A DNA stretch of 64,000 nt from Alphaproteobacteria bacterium (GTDB taxonomy: Bacteria > Pseudomonadota > Alphaproteobacteria > JAAXGF01): contig JAYGED010000075.1 in the NCBI GenBank assembly GCA_046582565.1, positions 4,876-68,875 on the forward strand, given 5' to 3'. The notes below the pieces were generated by a model. That model was not told where the DNA came from and did not search any database. It was given only the letters and a program-made list of their open reading frames with translations. The position numbers and the translations under genes are program-made. How positions within the stretch are numbered: the first letter of the stretch is position 1; each line of letters opens with the position of its first letter. Shown here piece after piece: positions 21,955 to 33,478 of the stretch.

Positions 21955-24876
21955 ATGGCGCGACGCATAGAAGACACCTCCTTCCTGTTTGGCTCCAACA
22001 GTATTTTCGTTGAAGAGCTTTATGCTCGTTATTTGGACGACCCCAACTCGGTTGACGTCAGTTGGCAGCAGGTTTTCGCCGAGTTCGGCGACGACTCGAA
22101 AGCCGTCGCCGACGAGACACGGGGGGCGACCTGGGCGCCGCGCGGTTGCGGCGGTGAACCTGTTGGCGAGGACGAAGACGATATCAACGGCGAGACCATC
22201 GTCCGCATGGCGCCAGCCCAGGCGCGAACGCAAGCGCCCGACCCAAGGCCCAGCGGACAGGCTGTTATCGACGAAGACGCGGCCCATGCGGCGACCCGCG
22301 ACAGCATTCGCCTGATCATGTTGATCCGCGCCTATCGTGTTCGCGGCCATCTCATCGCCGATCTCGATCCGCTCGCCCTCGACGGTGAGAAGCACCATCC
22401 CGAACTCGATCCCGCGACCTACGGCTTCACCGCCCAGGATTATGACCGCGAATATTACCTCGACGGCGTGCTCGGCCTCGACACGGCGACCCTGCGCGAT
22501 GTGCATGACATCATCAAGCAGACCTATTGCTCGAAAATCGGCGTCGAGTTCATGCATATTCAGTACCCGGATCAAAAATCCTGGGTCCAGGTGCAGTTGG
22601 AAGGCTCGCGCAACCGCACCCAAATGTCGGCCGAGAAGCGCATCGAAATTCTTAGCCAGCTCTATTCCTCGGAAGGATTCGAGCGTTTTCTGCATATTAA
22701 ATACCCCGGCACCAAGCGATTTTCTCTGGAGGGTGCTGAAAGCACAATCCCCATGCTGGAAGCCATCATCAACCGGGCCAGCGATCTCGACGTCGACGAG
22801 ATCGTTCTCGGCATGCCCCATCGCGGCCGCCTCAATGTGCTGACCACGGTGATGGGCAAGCCCCATGCGGCGGTTTTTTCAGAATTCCAGGGCGAAGCCA
22901 GCAGGCCCGACGATGTGCTCGGATCGGGCGACGTGAAATACCATCTCGGGGTCTCGTCGGATCGCGTCCTGGCCAACGGCAAGAACATGCATTTGAGCCT
23001 GGCCGCCAACCCCTCTCACCTGGAGGCGGTCAATCCCGTGGTCGCCGGCAAGACCCGCGCCAAGCAGGCCATGCGTGGCGACGAGGCCCGCAAGAAGGTA
23101 TTGGCGGTGTTGCTGCACGGCGATGCGGCGTTCGCCGGCCAGGGCCTGGTCGCGGAAACCCTCGGCCTCTCGGAACTTCGCGGCCACCGCGTCGGCGGCA
23201 CCATCCACATTATCGTCAACAACCAGATCGGCTTCACCACGAGCCCAAAATTTTCGCGTTCCTCGCCCTATCCGTCCGATGTCGCCAAGATGGTCCAGGC
23301 GCCGATCTTCCACGTCAACGGCGACGATCCGGAAGCCGTTGTCCATGTCGCCGAGCTGGCGGTGGATTTCCGCCTGCGCTTCAACCGCGACGTGGTCATC
23401 GACATGTTCTGCTATCGCCGCCACGGTCATAACGAAGGCGACGAGCCGGCTTTTACCCAGCCGAAAATGTATCGCAAGATCGCCCAGCATCCGACCACGC
23501 GGCAGCTATACACCGAGCGCTTGATTGCCGACGGTGTGCTGACGGCCAAGGCGGCCGAGGCGTTGATCGCTGAATTCAATCAGAGCCTCGAGGACTCCCT
23601 GACCGCGTCGAAGAGCTATCGTGTCAACAAGGCCGATATGCTGGAAGGTGTCTGGGAGGGCCTGGAGGTCGCCGAAAGCAAGGGGCCACGCCGCGGTAAT
23701 ACCGGCTTCGCTGTCAAACGCCTCAAGGAAGTCGGCATGGCTATCACCGCCGATCCCGAGGAATTCGAATTGAACCGCAAAGTCGTGCGCATGCTGGGCA
23801 ACCGCCGCGAGATGATCGAAACCGGTAAGGGTATCGATTGGGCCACGGCCGAGTCGCTGGCCTTCGGCACCCTGCTCAGCGAAGGCCACGGAGTGCGCCT
23901 GGTGGGACAGGATTCCGGGCGCGGCACTTTCAGCCAGCGCCATTCCGTACTGATCGATCAAAATAATGAAGAACGCTACGTACCGCTCAACCATATCTCC
24001 GAAAAACAGGGATATTTCGAGGTCATCGACAGCACGCTCTCGGAGCAGGCGGTGCTCGGCTACGAGTACGGCTATTCCCTCGCCGATCCCAGCAAGCTGG
24101 TGCTGTGGGAGGCCCAGTTCGGCGATTTCGCCAACGGCGCCCAGGTTATCATCGATCAGTTCGTCGCCTCGGGCGAATCGAAATGGCTGCGCATGTGCGG
24201 CTTGGTGATGCTGTTGCCGCACGGCTTCGAAGGCCAGGGGCCGGAACATTCCTCGGCGCGCATCGAGCGTTATCTGCAGCTCTGTGCTGAAGACAATTTA
24301 CAGGTCGTCAACTGCACTACGCCGTCATCCTATTTCCACGTGCTCAGGCGCCAGATCAAACGTAACTTCCGCAAGCCCCTGGTGGTGTTCACGCCGAAAT
24401 CCCTGCTCCGCCACAAGCGCTGCGTCTCGAAGCTGGCCGACATGGGGGCGAAGACCGCCTTCCACCGGGTGCTTCATGAAAATGTCATGCCCGGACCCGA
24501 TGACTCAATTCGTCGGGTTGTGCTGTGCAGCGGTAAGGTTTTCTACGATCTTGATGCCGAGCGCGATGCGCGCGGCATCAAGGACATCACCATCCTGCGC
24601 TTCGAACAGATCGCCCCGTTCCCCAAGACGCCGCTTCGCGAGGAGCTTTCGCGCTTCCCCAACGCCGATGTTATCTGGTGCCAGGAAGAACCTCAGAATA
24701 TGGGTCCCTGGAGCTATGTGGAGCCACGCATCGAAGCTCTGATCAAGCGCATGGACGGGGCATCCAAACGGCCGCGTTACGTCGGGCGAACCGAGGCCGC
24801 ATCGCTAGCCGCCGGCGCGATCAAGGTTCATCTCGCCGAACAGGCCGATCTGGTCGATAGGGCCCTCACATTATGA
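21955..24876 (+). CDS. sucA: 2-oxoglutarate dehydrogenase E1 component
   Basis: The 973-aa protein has a ThDP-binding fold. Confidence 0.95.
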   Translation: MARRIEDTSFLFGSNSIFVEELYARYLDDPNSVDVSWQQVFAEFGDDSKAVADETRGATWAPRGCGGEPVGEDEDDINGETIVRMAPAQARTQAPDPRPSGQAVIDEDAAHAATRDSIRLIMLIRAYRVRGHLIADLDPLALDGEKHHPELDPATYGFTAQDYDREYYLDGVLGLDTATLRDVHDIIKQTYCSKIGVEFMHIQYPDQKSWVQVQLEGSRNRTQMSAEKRIEILSQLYSSEGFERFLHIKYPGTKRFSLEGAESTIPMLEAIINRASDLDVDEIVLGMPHRGRLNVLTTVMGKPHAAVFSEFQGEASRPDDVLGSGDVKYHLGVSSDRVLANGKNMHLSLAANPSHLEAVNPVVAGKTRAKQAMRGDEARKKVLAVLLHGDAAFAGQGLVAETLGLSELRGHRVGGTIHIIVNNQIGFTTSPKFSRSSPYPSDVAKMVQAPIFHVNGDDPEAVVHVAELAVDFRLRFNRDVVIDMFCYRRHGHNEGDEPAFTQPKMYRKIAQHPTTRQLYTERLIADGVLTAKAAEALIAEFNQSLEDSLTASKSYRVNKADMLEGVWEGLEVAESKGPRRGNTGFAVKRLKEVGMAITADPEEFELNRKVVRMLGNRREMIETGKGIDWATAESLAFGTLLSEGHGVRLVGQDSGRGTFSQRHSVLIDQNNEERYVPLNHISEKQGYFEVIDSTLSEQAVLGYEYGYSLADPSKLVLWEAQFGDFANGAQVIIDQFVASGESKWLRMCGLVMLLPHGFEGQGPEHSSARIERYLQLCAEDNLQVVNCTTPSSYFHVLRRQIKRNFRKPLVVFTPKSLLRHKRCVSKLADMGAKTAFHRVLHENVMPGPDDSIRRVVLCSGKVFYDLDAERDARGIKDITILRFEQIAPFPKTPLREELSRFPNADVIWCQEEPQNMGPWSYVEPRIEALIKRMDGASKRPRYVGRTEAASLAAGAIKVHLAEQADLVDRALTL

Positions 24877-24894
24877 CCATCAAACGGTAAGCAT

Positions 24895-26166
24895 ATGACT
24901 GTAGAGATCAAGGTCCCCACCCTGGGTGAATCAGTGACCGAAGCGACGGTCATCCAGTGGTTCAAATCGGCCGGAGAGGCCATCGCCACGGACGAGATGC
25001 TGCTCGAGCTCGAAACCGACAAGGTGACCCTGGAGGTGCCGTCGCCGGCGGGCGGGCGGCTATCCGAGATTCGCGTCGAAGCCGGTGACAATGTGGAGGT
25101 CGGGGCCATCCTCGGGCTCATCGAGGAAGGCGCCGCCGGTGATGCGCCCAAGCCTGCTAAGAAAACCGAGGCCGCGCCAGAAGCGGCACCCGAGGTTCCG
25201 GCCGCCGCCGCCCTGCACAACCTGTCGCCGGCGGTGCGCAAGCTGGTGGATGAGAACAATCTCGACCCGGCGGCGATCCCGGCGACCGGCAAGGACGGCC
25301 GCATCACCAAGGGCGATGTGCTCAAGGTGATCGAAGGCGCCGCCCCGGAATCCGTCCCAGCGCCCGCCCCAGAATCCGTCCCCGCACCCGCCCCCGTGGC
25401 GCCTGCTCCGGCCCCGGCCCCCGCGCCCCAGCCGGCGCCCGCGCCCGTCCCGCCGCGCACCGATAACGAGCGCGAAGAGCGGGTGCGCATGACGCGCCTG
25501 CGCCAGCGCATCGCCGAGCGTCTCAAGGAAGCCCAGAACACCGCCGCCATGCTGACCACCTTCAACGAGGCCGACATGAGCAATTGCATGGCCCTGCGAA
25601 AGGAATACCGCGAAACTTTCGAGAAGAAGCACGGCGTCCGCCTCGGCTACATGTCGTTGTTCGTCAAGGCGGTGATCACCGCCTTGAAGGAGATTCCGGC
25701 GGTCAATGCCGAGATCGACGGCACCGATATCATCTATAAAAACTATTATCACATCGGCGTCGCCATCGGCTCGCCCCAGGGCCTGGTGGTGCCTGTGCTG
25801 CGCGACGCCGATACGCTCAGCCTGGCCGGCATCGAGCAATCCATCAAAGACCTCGCGCTTAAGGCGCGCGACGGCAAGCTCGCCATCGATGACCTGATGG
25901 GCGGCACCTTCACCATTACCAATGGCGGCGTCTACGGCTCGCTGCTGTCGACGCCGATCCTCAATCCGCCACAATCGGGCATCCTCGGCATGCATGCCAT
26001 CAAGCAGCGGCCCATCGTGGTTGAAGACGGCATCGAGGCGCGGCCGATGATGAACCTGGCGCTCAGCTATGACCATCGCATCATCGACGGCAGCGAGGCG
26101 GTAACCTTCCTGGTGCGCATCAAGGAATGCATCGAGAACCCCGAACGCATGCTGCTCGAAGTCTAA
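24895..26166 (+). CDS. sucB: Dihydrolipoamide succinyltransferase (E2 of 2-oxoglutarate dehydrogenase)
   Basis: The protein has a lipoyl domain (ETDKVT), an Ala/Pro linker, and a catalytic domain ending ...DHRIIDG. Confidence 0.95.
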   Translation: MTVEIKVPTLGESVTEATVIQWFKSAGEAIATDEMLLELETDKVTLEVPSPAGGRLSEIRVEAGDNVEVGAILGLIEEGAAGDAPKPAKKTEAAPEAAPEVPAAAALHNLSPAVRKLVDENNLDPAAIPATGKDGRITKGDVLKVIEGAAPESVPAPAPESVPAPAPVAPAPAPAPAPQPAPAPVPPRTDNEREERVRMTRLRQRIAERLKEAQNTAAMLTTFNEADMSNCMALRKEYRETFEKKHGVRLGYMSLFVKAVITALKEIPAVNAEIDGTDIIYKNYYHIGVAIGSPQGLVVPVLRDADTLSLAGIEQSIKDLALKARDGKLAIDDLMGGTFTITNGGVYGSLLSTPILNPPQSGILGMHAIKQRPIVVEDGIEARPMMNLALSYDHRIIDGSEAVTFLVRIKECIENPERMLLEV

Positions 26167-26191
26167 TCATTAAATCTAAGAGGTAAGGCCC

Positions 26192-27595
26192 ATGGCCGAA
26201 GACAGCTTTGATCTGGTCGTCATCGGCGGCGGACCCGGTGGCTATGTGGCCGCCATTCGCGCCGCCCAGCTTGGTTTGAACGTTGCCTGCGTGGAGAGCT
26301 ACGGCGCTCTCGGCGGCACCTGCCTGAACGTCGGCTGCATTCCCTCGAAGGCGCTACTCCATGATTCCGAGCTCTACGAAATGGCCCGCCACGACCTCGC
26401 GAATCACGGCATCAAGGTGAGCGGCGTGAAGCTCGACCTGGCGGCCATGATGAAGCGCAAGGACGGCGTTGTCGGCGACCTGACCAAGGGTATCGAGCAT
26501 CTGTTCAAGAAGAACAAGGTCGCCTACGTCAAGGGCCTGGGCCGGATCACCGGCAAAAACGAAGTCACCGTCTCTGGCGACGACGCGCGGGTACTGAACG
26601 CGAAAAACATCATCATCGCCACGGGCTCCGTATCGGCCCCCCTGCCCGGCATAAAGATCGATGAGAAGCGCATTGTCACCTCGACCGGCGCCCTGGCGCT
26701 GGGCAAGGTGCCCAAGCATCTGGTGGTCATCGGCGGCGGCGTTATCGGCCTGGAACTCGGCTCCGTATGGAGCCGGCTTGGCGCCCAGGTCACCGTGGTC
26801 GAATTCCTCGATCGCATCCTGCCGACCATGGACGGCGAAATCTCGAAGCACTTCAAACGTATCCTCGGCAAGCAGGGTTTCGCCTTCAAGCTCAACACCA
26901 AGGTGACCGCCGCCAAGGCCTCGGCCAAGGGCGTTGCCCTAACCCTGGAACCGGCGGCAGGCGGCGAAAGTGAAACCCTGAACGCCGACGTGGTGCTGGT
27001 CTCCATCGGCCGCCGGCCCCTCACCGAGGGCCTCGGTCTGGAAGATGTCGGCGTTGCCCTCGACGAGATGGGCCGGGTGATCACCGACGACCACCTGCGC
27101 AGCAATATCGACAGTATCTACGCCATCGGCGATGTCATCGACGGCCCCATGCTCGCCCATAAGGCCGAAGACGAAGGCATGGCGGCGGCCGAGACCATCG
27201 CCGGACAATCGGGCCATGTGAACTACGACGCCGTCCCCGGCGTGGTCTACACATCGCCCGAGGCGGCCAGCGTCGGCAAGACCGAGGAAGAGCTGAAAGC
27301 AGCCGATATCGCCTATAGGGTGGGCAAGTTTCCCTTCATGGCCAACAGCCGGGGCCGCGCCAACGCCCAGACCGACGGCTTCGTCAAAATCCTCGCCGAC
27401 GCGGCGACCGACCGGGTGCTCGGCGTCCATATCATCTGCGACGATGCCGGTGAGATGATCGCCGAAGCGGTGATCGCCATGGAATTCGGCGCCTCCGCCG
27501 AGGACATCGCCCGCACCTGCCACGCCCACCCATCGCTGACCGAGGCGGTGCGCGAAGCAGCCCTGGCGGTGGCGGGGCGCACGATTCATATTTAG
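26192..27595 (+). CDS. lpdA: Dihydrolipoyl dehydrogenase (E3)
   Basis: FAD-binding GGGPGGY and the redox-active disulfide [13 protein letters not shown] are both present. Confidence 0.95.
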   Translation: MAEDSFDLVVIGGGPGGYVAAIRAAQLGLNVACVESYGALGGTCLNVGCIPSKALLHDSELYEMARHDLANHGIKVSGVKLDLAAMMKRKDGVVGDLTKGIEHLFKKNKVAYVKGLGRITGKNEVTVSGDDARVLNAKNIIIATGSVSAPLPGIKIDEKRIVTSTGALALGKVPKHLVVIGGGVIGLELGSVWSRLGAQVTVVEFLDRILPTMDGEISKHFKRILGKQGFAFKLNTKVTAAKASAKGVALTLEPAAGGESETLNADVVLVSIGRRPLTEGLGLEDVGVALDEMGRVITDDHLRSNIDSIYAIGDVIDGPMLAHKAEDEGMAAAETIAGQSGHVNYDAVPGVVYTSPEAASVGKTEEELKAADIAYRVGKFPFMANSRGRANAQTDGFVKILADAATDRVLGVHIICDDAGEMIAEAVIAMEFGASAEDIARTCHAHPSLTEAVREAALAVAGRTIHI

Positions 27596-27602
27596 TGGCT
27601 AT

Positions 27603-27635
27603 CAGCCGTCAGCCGTCAGCCGTCAGCCGTCAGCC
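27603..27635. repeat. Heptanucleotide tandem repeat (cagccgt) x4, plus a partial copy
   Basis: The repeat sits directly after the lpdA stop codon and 43 bp before the MFS transporter start. Confidence 0.85.
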
Positions 27636-27677
27636 AGTAAAAATCGCTTAAGCTGATAGCTGATTGCTAAAATCACC

Positions 27678-28874
27678 ATGTCCGACCGTTTCCTGATCTT
27701 CATCTTCAGCGCCGCCGAAGTGCTCGGCATGCTCGGGATATCGTCCTTTGCCGCCCTGTTGCCCGAAATGCAGGCGGAATGGGGACTGAGCAATTCCGAC
27801 GCCGGCTGGATCACCGGCATCTACTTCGCCGGCTATCTGGTGGCGGTTCCCGTGCTGGTCAGCCTCACCGATCACATGGACCCGCGCGGCATCTACCTCG
27901 CCTGCGCAGCACTTGGCGGGGTCAGCCTGCTCGGCTTTGCCCTGTTCGCCGAGGGCTTCTGGAGCGGGCTTCTGTTCCGTACCCTAAACGGGGTCGCCCT
28001 GGCGGGCACCTATATGCCCGGCCTCAAGGCCCTGACCGACCGGGTCAGCGACAAAATCAGGCCCCGCGCCGTGGCCTTCTACACGGCGAGCTTCGGCATC
28101 GGCGGCAGCCTGTCGTTTCTTATTGCGGGCGAGGCGTCGGCGGCCTGGTCCTGGCAGGGCGCCTTCGCCATCGCCGCCCTGGGAACGCCGGCTGCCATGG
28201 CTCTGGCGGCCTGGGCCATGACCGCTCGGCCCGGCGTCATCCACCCCAAACCGGAAACCCATCTGCTCGATTTCCGCCCGGTGTTCCGCAACCGCGAGGC
28301 AATGGCCTATATCCTGGCCTACACCGCCCACAACTTCGAACTGTTCGGCTTTCGGGGCTGGCTGGTCGCCTATATGGTGTTCAGCCTGTCGCTCCAGACC
28401 AGCGATTTCGCCTGGAACGTCACCCTGATCGTCACCATGGTCACTCTGCTCGCGGTGCCGGTGAGCGTCATCGGCAGCGAGTTGGCCCAACGCTATGGCC
28501 GCCGGCGCATGGTCACGATTCTGATGACCGGCTCGGCGATAATCGCCGTCCTGTTCGGCTTTGCCGGCGCCCTGCCTTATCCCCTGGTGGTCGCCCTCGC
28601 GGTTCTCTACGGCATGTTCATATCCGCCGATTCGGCGGCCATCACCACGGGCGCGGTAAACGCCGCCCCGCCGGGCGGGCGTGGGGCGGTCATGGCGGTG
28701 CATTCCAGCATCGGCTTCATGGGATCCTTCCTCGGCCCCCTGGCCTTCGGCCTGGTGCTCGACGGCGCCGGGGCCGATCACCTGTGGGGCTGGGGCCTGG
28801 CCTTCGCCGCCATGGGCGTCGTGGTCATCATGGGACCCCTGGCCCTCGCACTCTTGGGTGCGCGGACCAAATAA
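27678..28874 (+). CDS. MFS transporter
   Basis: The protein has about 12 transmembrane helices and MFS signature loops. Confidence 0.8.
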   Translation: MSDRFLIFIFSAAEVLGMLGISSFAALLPEMQAEWGLSNSDAGWITGIYFAGYLVAVPVLVSLTDHMDPRGIYLACAALGGVSLLGFALFAEGFWSGLLFRTLNGVALAGTYMPGLKALTDRVSDKIRPRAVAFYTASFGIGGSLSFLIAGEASAAWSWQGAFAIAALGTPAAMALAAWAMTARPGVIHPKPETHLLDFRPVFRNREAMAYILAYTAHNFELFGFRGWLVAYMVFSLSLQTSDFAWNVTLIVTMVTLLAVPVSVIGSELAQRYGRRRMVTILMTGSAIIAVLFGFAGALPYPLVVALAVLYGMFISADSAAITTGAVNAAPPGGRGAVMAVHSSIGFMGSFLGPLAFGLVLDGAGADHLWGWGLAFAAMGVVVIMGPLALALLGARTK

Positions 28875-28884
28875 CTGAACGATA

Positions 28885-28907
28885 GATAAAGGGGTCAGAC
28901 CCCTTTA
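28885..28907. terminator. Bidirectional intrinsic-terminator-like palindrome between the MFS gene (+) and xerC (-)
   Basis: The sequence ataaaggggtc-aga-cccctttat overlaps the last codons of xerC. Confidence 0.55.
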
Positions 28908-29899
28908 TCGGGCTCTTTGGCTCTTGGGTGCGCGGCGGCATAGCTCTTGAGCAGGGATTCCGCGTCGACCTCGGTGTAGCGTTGGGTGGTCGAGAGGGAG
29001 GCGTGGCCGAGCAGCTCCTGGATATCGCGCATGCCCGCCCCGCCGGCCAGCATATGGGTGGCGAAGCTGTGGCGCAGGGCATGGGGCGTCGCCGTCTCGG
29101 GCAGGCCCAGGGCGCCGCGCAAGGCTCGTAACTGGCGCTGGACAACGCCTGGGTTGAGCCGCCCGCCGCGCGCCCCGACGAACAACGGCCCGCCCGCTTC
29201 GAGCTTGTAAGGGCAAGCGGCGATATAGTCTTCAAGGGCGGCGCGGATCACGGCGAGCAGGGGCGTCATGCGCTGCTTGCCGCCCTTGCCGGTGATGGTG
29301 AGCGTCGCATCGCTGCCCGGCGCCGCCGCCGGCAAGTCAGCAAGGTTCAGACCAAGAGCCTCGCCAATGCGCAGGCCGGCGCCGTAGAGCAGCATGACCA
29401 GGGCGGTGTCGCGCTTGGCCAGCCAGGGCGTAGTGGCGAGGTCGCCGACGGTCGCCACCGACGCGCGCGCCTGATCGACCGACAGCGGGCGTGGCTCCGA
29501 CGGTCCGACAGCATGGGCGCGGAGCATTCCCAGGGCCGGGTTATGGCAAAGCTTCTCGTGATCGAGACGGCCGAAAAAGCCGCGAATGGCAGACAGGGCG
29601 CGGGAATTGGAGCGCTGGCTTATGCCGTCCATGAGCCGCCGCGCGAGGAAGGCGCGAAAATCCGCAACCTTCAGGGCCGCCAAATCGGCAAGGTCCGGCT
29701 CGGCGCCCAGATGATGGCTAAGAAACGTCAAAAACGAGGCGAGGTCGTAGGAGTAAGCCTCGATGGTATTGGCCGAGACGCGCCGCTCATGGGCGAGCCA
29801 GGACTGCCAGCGCCGCACCGCCGCGACCAGCCCCGGCGCGGCGGTGAAAGTGATCGTGGGGGCTACCCCTTGGGGAGCTCGAGCCAGCCGTTGAGGCAT
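28895..29899 (-). CDS. xerC: Tyrosine recombinase XerC (chromosome dimer resolution)
   Basis: The protein has the catalytic R..HxxR..Y tail (...LRHSFATHML...LGHASLSTTQRYT...). It is paired with an upstream DUF484 gene, as is usual for alphaproteobacterial xerC. Confidence 0.82.
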   Translation of the reverse strand: MPQRLARAPQGVAPTITFTAAPGLVAAVRRWQSWLAHERRVSANTIEAYSYDLASFLTFLSHHLGAEPDLADLAALKVADFRAFLARRLMDGISQRSNSRALSAIRGFFGRLDHEKLCHNPALGMLRAHAVGPSEPRPLSVDQARASVATVGDLATTPWLAKRDTALVMLLYGAGLRIGEALGLNLADLPAAAPGSDATLTITGKGGKQRMTPLLAVIRAALEDYIAACPYKLEAGGPLFVGARGGRLNPGVVQRQLRALRGALGLPETATPHALRHSFATHMLAGGAGMRDIQELLGHASLSTTQRYTEVDAESLLKSYAAAHPRAKEPDKGV

Positions 29900-30573
29900 C
29901 GCTCTAACACATGGCCGAGAAAGACCAGCGCCTCGCCGCCCTGGCCGGTTGGAAAGCGCTCCCCATGGCGCGAACCCAGGGCAAGCAGGGCAGGCGGCGC
30001 TCCACAGCCGAGCCTGAGCCTGATCAAGGCCGCCGAAGCGACCAGCCCGGCGCCGGCGCCGAAGATGCGTTCGTCTCCGGTGGCATCGCCATCGTCATTG
30101 GCAATAATAAAGTCGCGGCCCGGTCCGAGCAGTTCGTCGATCAACCCGGCCGCCAGACAGTTAACACCCGAGACGCAGCGTTCTCGCCGCGGCCGGTCCA
30201 CGCCCTCAACACAGAGCGCCGCCACATCAAGATTGAGCGCACCGAGAAAATCGGTCGAGACGATCTCGATGAGATGTTCCAGAGTGGCCGCGCCGAGCAC
30301 GGCGATAACCGCTTGGTTGATCTGGGATTGCCGGGACAGATTGCACCTGCCCGATTGCAGCAGGTCGTCGTGGCGGCTGCGCAGGCGTTCGATTATGACG
30401 CTCTGCAAATCGACCACGCCATCGCCCGTGGCCCGCGACGGCGGCATCAATCGATCAAGCAATTCCGGGTGAGTGGTGAGAAAATCCGGATTGCGCCGGA
30501 GATAGTCGATGACCTGCTCCGCGCTCACTTCGGATGCGTCTAAAGCCGGGGCGCTGTCGGACGGTGACGTCAA
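29863..30573 (-). CDS. DUF484-family protein
   Basis: The N terminus is a conserved DUF484 region (YLRRNPDFL), and the gene partners with xerC as expected. Confidence 0.65.
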   Translation of the reverse strand: MTSPSDSAPALDASEVSAEQVIDYLRRNPDFLTTHPELLDRLMPPSRATGDGVVDLQSVIIERLRSRHDDLLQSGRCNLSRQSQINQAVIAVLGAATLEHLIEIVSTDFLGALNLDVAALCVEGVDRPRRERCVSGVNCLAAGLIDELLGPGRDFIIANDDGDATGDERIFGAGAGLVASAALIRLRLGCGAPPALLALGSRHGERFPTGQGGEALVFLGHVLERCLNGWLELPKG

Positions 30574-30582
30574 AGCCCGCCC

Positions 30583-31248
30583 CTAATCCTTGGTGATGCT
30601 CTGGCCGGTCTTCTCCCAATCGGCGAGGAAGGCGGCAAGGCCCTTGTCGGTAAGGGTGTGATTGACCAGTTGGCGTAGGATTTTCGGCGGCACGGTAACC
30701 ACCTCGGCGCCGATCTTGGCGGCTTCGACCACATGCATGGGATGGCGAATCGAGGCAACCAGAATCTGAGTATTCAGCGAGCCTACATAATTGTCATAAA
30801 TCTGGCGGATATCGCTGATCAGCGCCATGCCGTCATGGCCGATGTCGTCGAGTCGGCCGACGAAGGGCGAGACATAGCTTGCCCCCGCCTTGGCCGCGAG
30901 GATGGCCTGGGCCGCCGAGAAGCAGAGGGTGACGTTGACCCCGACGCCATCATTGCTAAGCGCCCGGCAGGCCTTGAGCCCCTCCCAGGTCAGCGGTACC
31001 TTGATGACCACATTGTCGGCGACTTTGATCAGCCGCTCGGCCTCGGCCAGCATGCCGTCTGCCTCGGTAGCAGCGACTTCCGCGCTGACCGGTCCCGGCA
31101 CCAGGGCGCAGATTTCCTCGAGCACCTGGAAAAAATCCCGTCCCGTCTTGGCCACCAGCGACGGGTTGGTGGTCACCCCGTCAAGCAATCCGCTATCAAC
31201 AAGCTCGGCGATTTCATCCACATCCGCCGTATCGACAAAGAACTTCAT
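30583..31248 (-). CDS. tal: Transaldolase (short Tal/FSA-type)
   Basis: The protein is [13 protein letters not shown]... with TTNPSL, and it is about 221 aa when started at the internal Met. The track ORF is extended at its 5' end. Confidence 0.85.
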   Translation of the reverse strand: MKFFVDTADVDEIAELVDSGLLDGVTTNPSLVAKTGRDFFQVLEEICALVPGPVSAEVAATEADGMLAEAERLIKVADNVVIKVPLTWEGLKACRALSNDGVGVNVTLCFSAAQAILAAKAGASYVSPFVGRLDDIGHDGMALISDIRQIYDNYVGSLNTQILVASIRHPMHVVEAAKIGAEVVTVPPKILRQLVNHTLTDKGLAAFLADWEKTGQSITKD

Positions 31249-31303
31249 ACACTCACTCCAACTGAACTTGAATCCCGACCGTGACACAGCCACAGTGTAA
31301 TCG

Positions 31304-33478
31304 ATGGCAACCTCGCACACCAGTTCAAGCGTCAGCGTCTTGCTGCCGCTGCCGCTTGCCGGCGCTTACGACTACGCCCTGGCCAACGGCGTGAGCCTGC
31401 CCCTGGGCAGTTTCGTGCGCGCCCCCCTGGGCCGCCGCGAGCTGGTCGGCGTGGTCTGGGGCCCGGCCAGCGGCGAGGTCGCGGCGGCGCGGCTCAAGCC
31501 GCTTCTCGGGGTCCTTGAAGCGCCGCCCCTGGGTCAGCCCTTGCGCGACCTCATTGACTGGGTCGCCGCCTATACCCTGGCGCCGCCGGGATCGGTGCTC
31601 CGCATGGCCATGAGCGCGCCCAAGGCCCTCGGGCCGCGCCCACCGCGCCTGGCATATCAACGCGGCGGCAAAGAACCAAAGCGTATGACCGCGGCGCGCG
31701 GCCGCGTCATGGCCGCCGCCGAGGGCCCGCCCCGCCCCGCCGCAGAGCTGGCTCGCGCCGCCGGGGTCGGCGCCGGCGTGGTGCGCGGACTGGCCCGTGC
31801 GGGCGTGTTGGAAACCGTCGAGATACCCGCCTATGCGCCCTTCCTGGAGCCCGACTGGCGGCTGCCGGGACCGACGCTGTCGGCCGAGCAGGCGACCGCC
31901 GCCGAAGGTCTGGCCGCCAAGGTGGCGGCGAACGAATACGACGTGACCCTGCTCGACGGGGTCAACGGCGCTGGCAAGACCGAGGTCTATTTCGCCGCCG
32001 TCGCCGCCGCCCTTGAGGCCAAACGGCAGACCCTGGTGCTGCTGCCCGAGATCGCCCTCGGCGCGCAATGGCTGGCGCGCTTTCATGAGCGCTTCGGGGT
32101 CGAGCCGGCGCAATGGCACTCGGAGATGACCGAGGCCCAGCGCCGCCGCACCTGGCGCGCCGTCGCCGAGGGCGAGGCCGGTGTGGTGGTCGGCGCGCGC
32201 TCGGCGCTGTTCCTGCCCTTCCCTGACCTCGGGCTGATCGTCGTCGATGAAGAGCACGACGCCTCGTTCAAGCAGGAAGAGGGCGTCATCTACCACGCCC
32301 GCGACATGGCGGTGGCCCGCGCCCGCTTCGAGAATGCGCTCATCATCCTGGCTTCGGCGACGCCCTCTCTGGAGACCGTGACCAACGCCGCGACCGGCCG
32401 TTATGGGCGCTATCACCTGCCCGACCGCCACGGCTCCGCCGGGCTGGCCGCCGTCGCGGCCATCGACATGCGCAAAGTAACCCTGCCCGCCACCCGCTGG
32501 CTGTCGCCCCAGCTAATCGAGGCGGTGAACCAGTCTCTGGCCAGGGGTGAGCAGGCCATGCTGTTCCTCAACCGCCGGGGCTATGCGCCGCTCACCCTGT
32601 GCCGGGCCTGCGGCCATCGCCTGGGCTGTCCCCATTGCTCTTCTTGGCTGGTCGAGCACCGCCGCCCCGGCGAGTTGCAATGCCATCATTGCGGCTTCGC
32701 CATGCATTGCCCCGAAATTTGCCCCGCCTGTGAAGCCGAGGACCGCTTCGCCGCCTGCGGGCCGGGGGTCGAACGCCTCGCCGAAGAAGCCGCCGCCACA
32801 TTCCCCGAGGCCCGGCTCGCGGTGATGGCCAGCGACACCATCACCAGCCCGGCAGGCGCCGCCGAGCTGGTGCGCCGCATGACGGAGCGCGAGGTCGATA
32901 TCCTGATCGGCACCCAGATCATGGCCAAGGGCCATCACTTCCCCCTGCTCACCCTGGTCGGCGTTATCGACGGCGACCTCGGCCTCGCCGGCGGCGACCT
33001 GCGCGCCGCCGAGCGGACCTACCAGCTGCTCCATCAGGTCTCCGGGCGGGCGGGCCGGGCCGAGCATCCCGGCCAGGTGCTGTTGCAGACCTACATGCCG
33101 GAACATCCGGTGATGGCGGCGCTGATCGCCGGCGACCGCGAGGGCTTCCTGGCCCAGGAGACCAGCGATCGTAAGGCGCGGTCCCTGCCGCCGTTCGGCC
33201 GCCTGGCGGCGCTCATCGTCTCGGGCCATAACGAGGCCGCCGTGCAGAGCCTGGCGCGGGACCTGGCGCGCACCGCACCGCGCGGCGGCGGCATCGAAGT
33301 GCTTGGCCCGGCGCCGGCTCCGCTCACTCTGTTGCGCGACCGATACCGCTATCGTCTGCTGCTCAAGGCGACGCGCGAGGTGCGGGTCCAGCGCCCGCTA
33401 CACGACTGGCTGGGCCGCGTGAACATCCCCCGCAGCCTTCGTGTACAGGTCGATATCGACCCCTATAGTTTCCTATGA
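31304..33478 (+). CDS. priA: Primosomal protein N' (replication restart helicase PriA)
   Basis: The Walker A helicase motif [11 protein letters not shown] and a Cys4-Cys4 zinc ribbon ([17 protein letters not shown]...CHHCGF...CPEICPAC) are present. Confidence 0.9.
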   Translation: MATSHTSSSVSVLLPLPLAGAYDYALANGVSLPLGSFVRAPLGRRELVGVVWGPASGEVAAARLKPLLGVLEAPPLGQPLRDLIDWVAAYTLAPPGSVLRMAMSAPKALGPRPPRLAYQRGGKEPKRMTAARGRVMAAAEGPPRPAAELARAAGVGAGVVRGLARAGVLETVEIPAYAPFLEPDWRLPGPTLSAEQATAAEGLAAKVAANEYDVTLLDGVNGAGKTEVYFAAVAAALEAKRQTLVLLPEIALGAQWLARFHERFGVEPAQWHSEMTEAQRRRTWRAVAEGEAGVVVGARSALFLPFPDLGLIVVDEEHDASFKQEEGVIYHARDMAVARARFENALIILASATPSLETVTNAATGRYGRYHLPDRHGSAGLAAVAAIDMRKVTLPATRWLSPQLIEAVNQSLARGEQAMLFLNRRGYAPLTLCRACGHRLGCPHCSSWLVEHRRPGELQCHHCGFAMHCPEICPACEAEDRFAACGPGVERLAEEAAATFPEARLAVMASDTITSPAGAAELVRRMTEREVDILIGTQIMAKGHHFPLLTLVGVIDGDLGLAGGDLRAAERTYQLLHQVSGRAGRAEHPGQVLLQTYMPEHPVMAALIAGDREGFLAQETSDRKARSLPPFGRLAALIVSGHNEAAVQSLARDLARTAPRGGGIEVLGPAPAPLTLLRDRYRYRLLLKATREVRVQRPLHDWLGRVNIPRSLRVQVDIDPYSFL

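Noticed and set aside
25330-25460. Tandem Pro/Ala-encoding DNA repeats ([13 protein letters not shown]...) inside sucB
   Set aside because: This is the normal flexible linker between the lipoyl and catalytic domains of E2 enzymes, not a mobile or regulatory repeat.
28895-29899. A tyrosine recombinase as a possible prophage or island integrase
   Set aside because: It pairs with a DUF484 gene and sits in a housekeeping context (tal, priA), which is the standard arrangement of chromosomal XerC. There are no phage genes and no tRNA target nearby.
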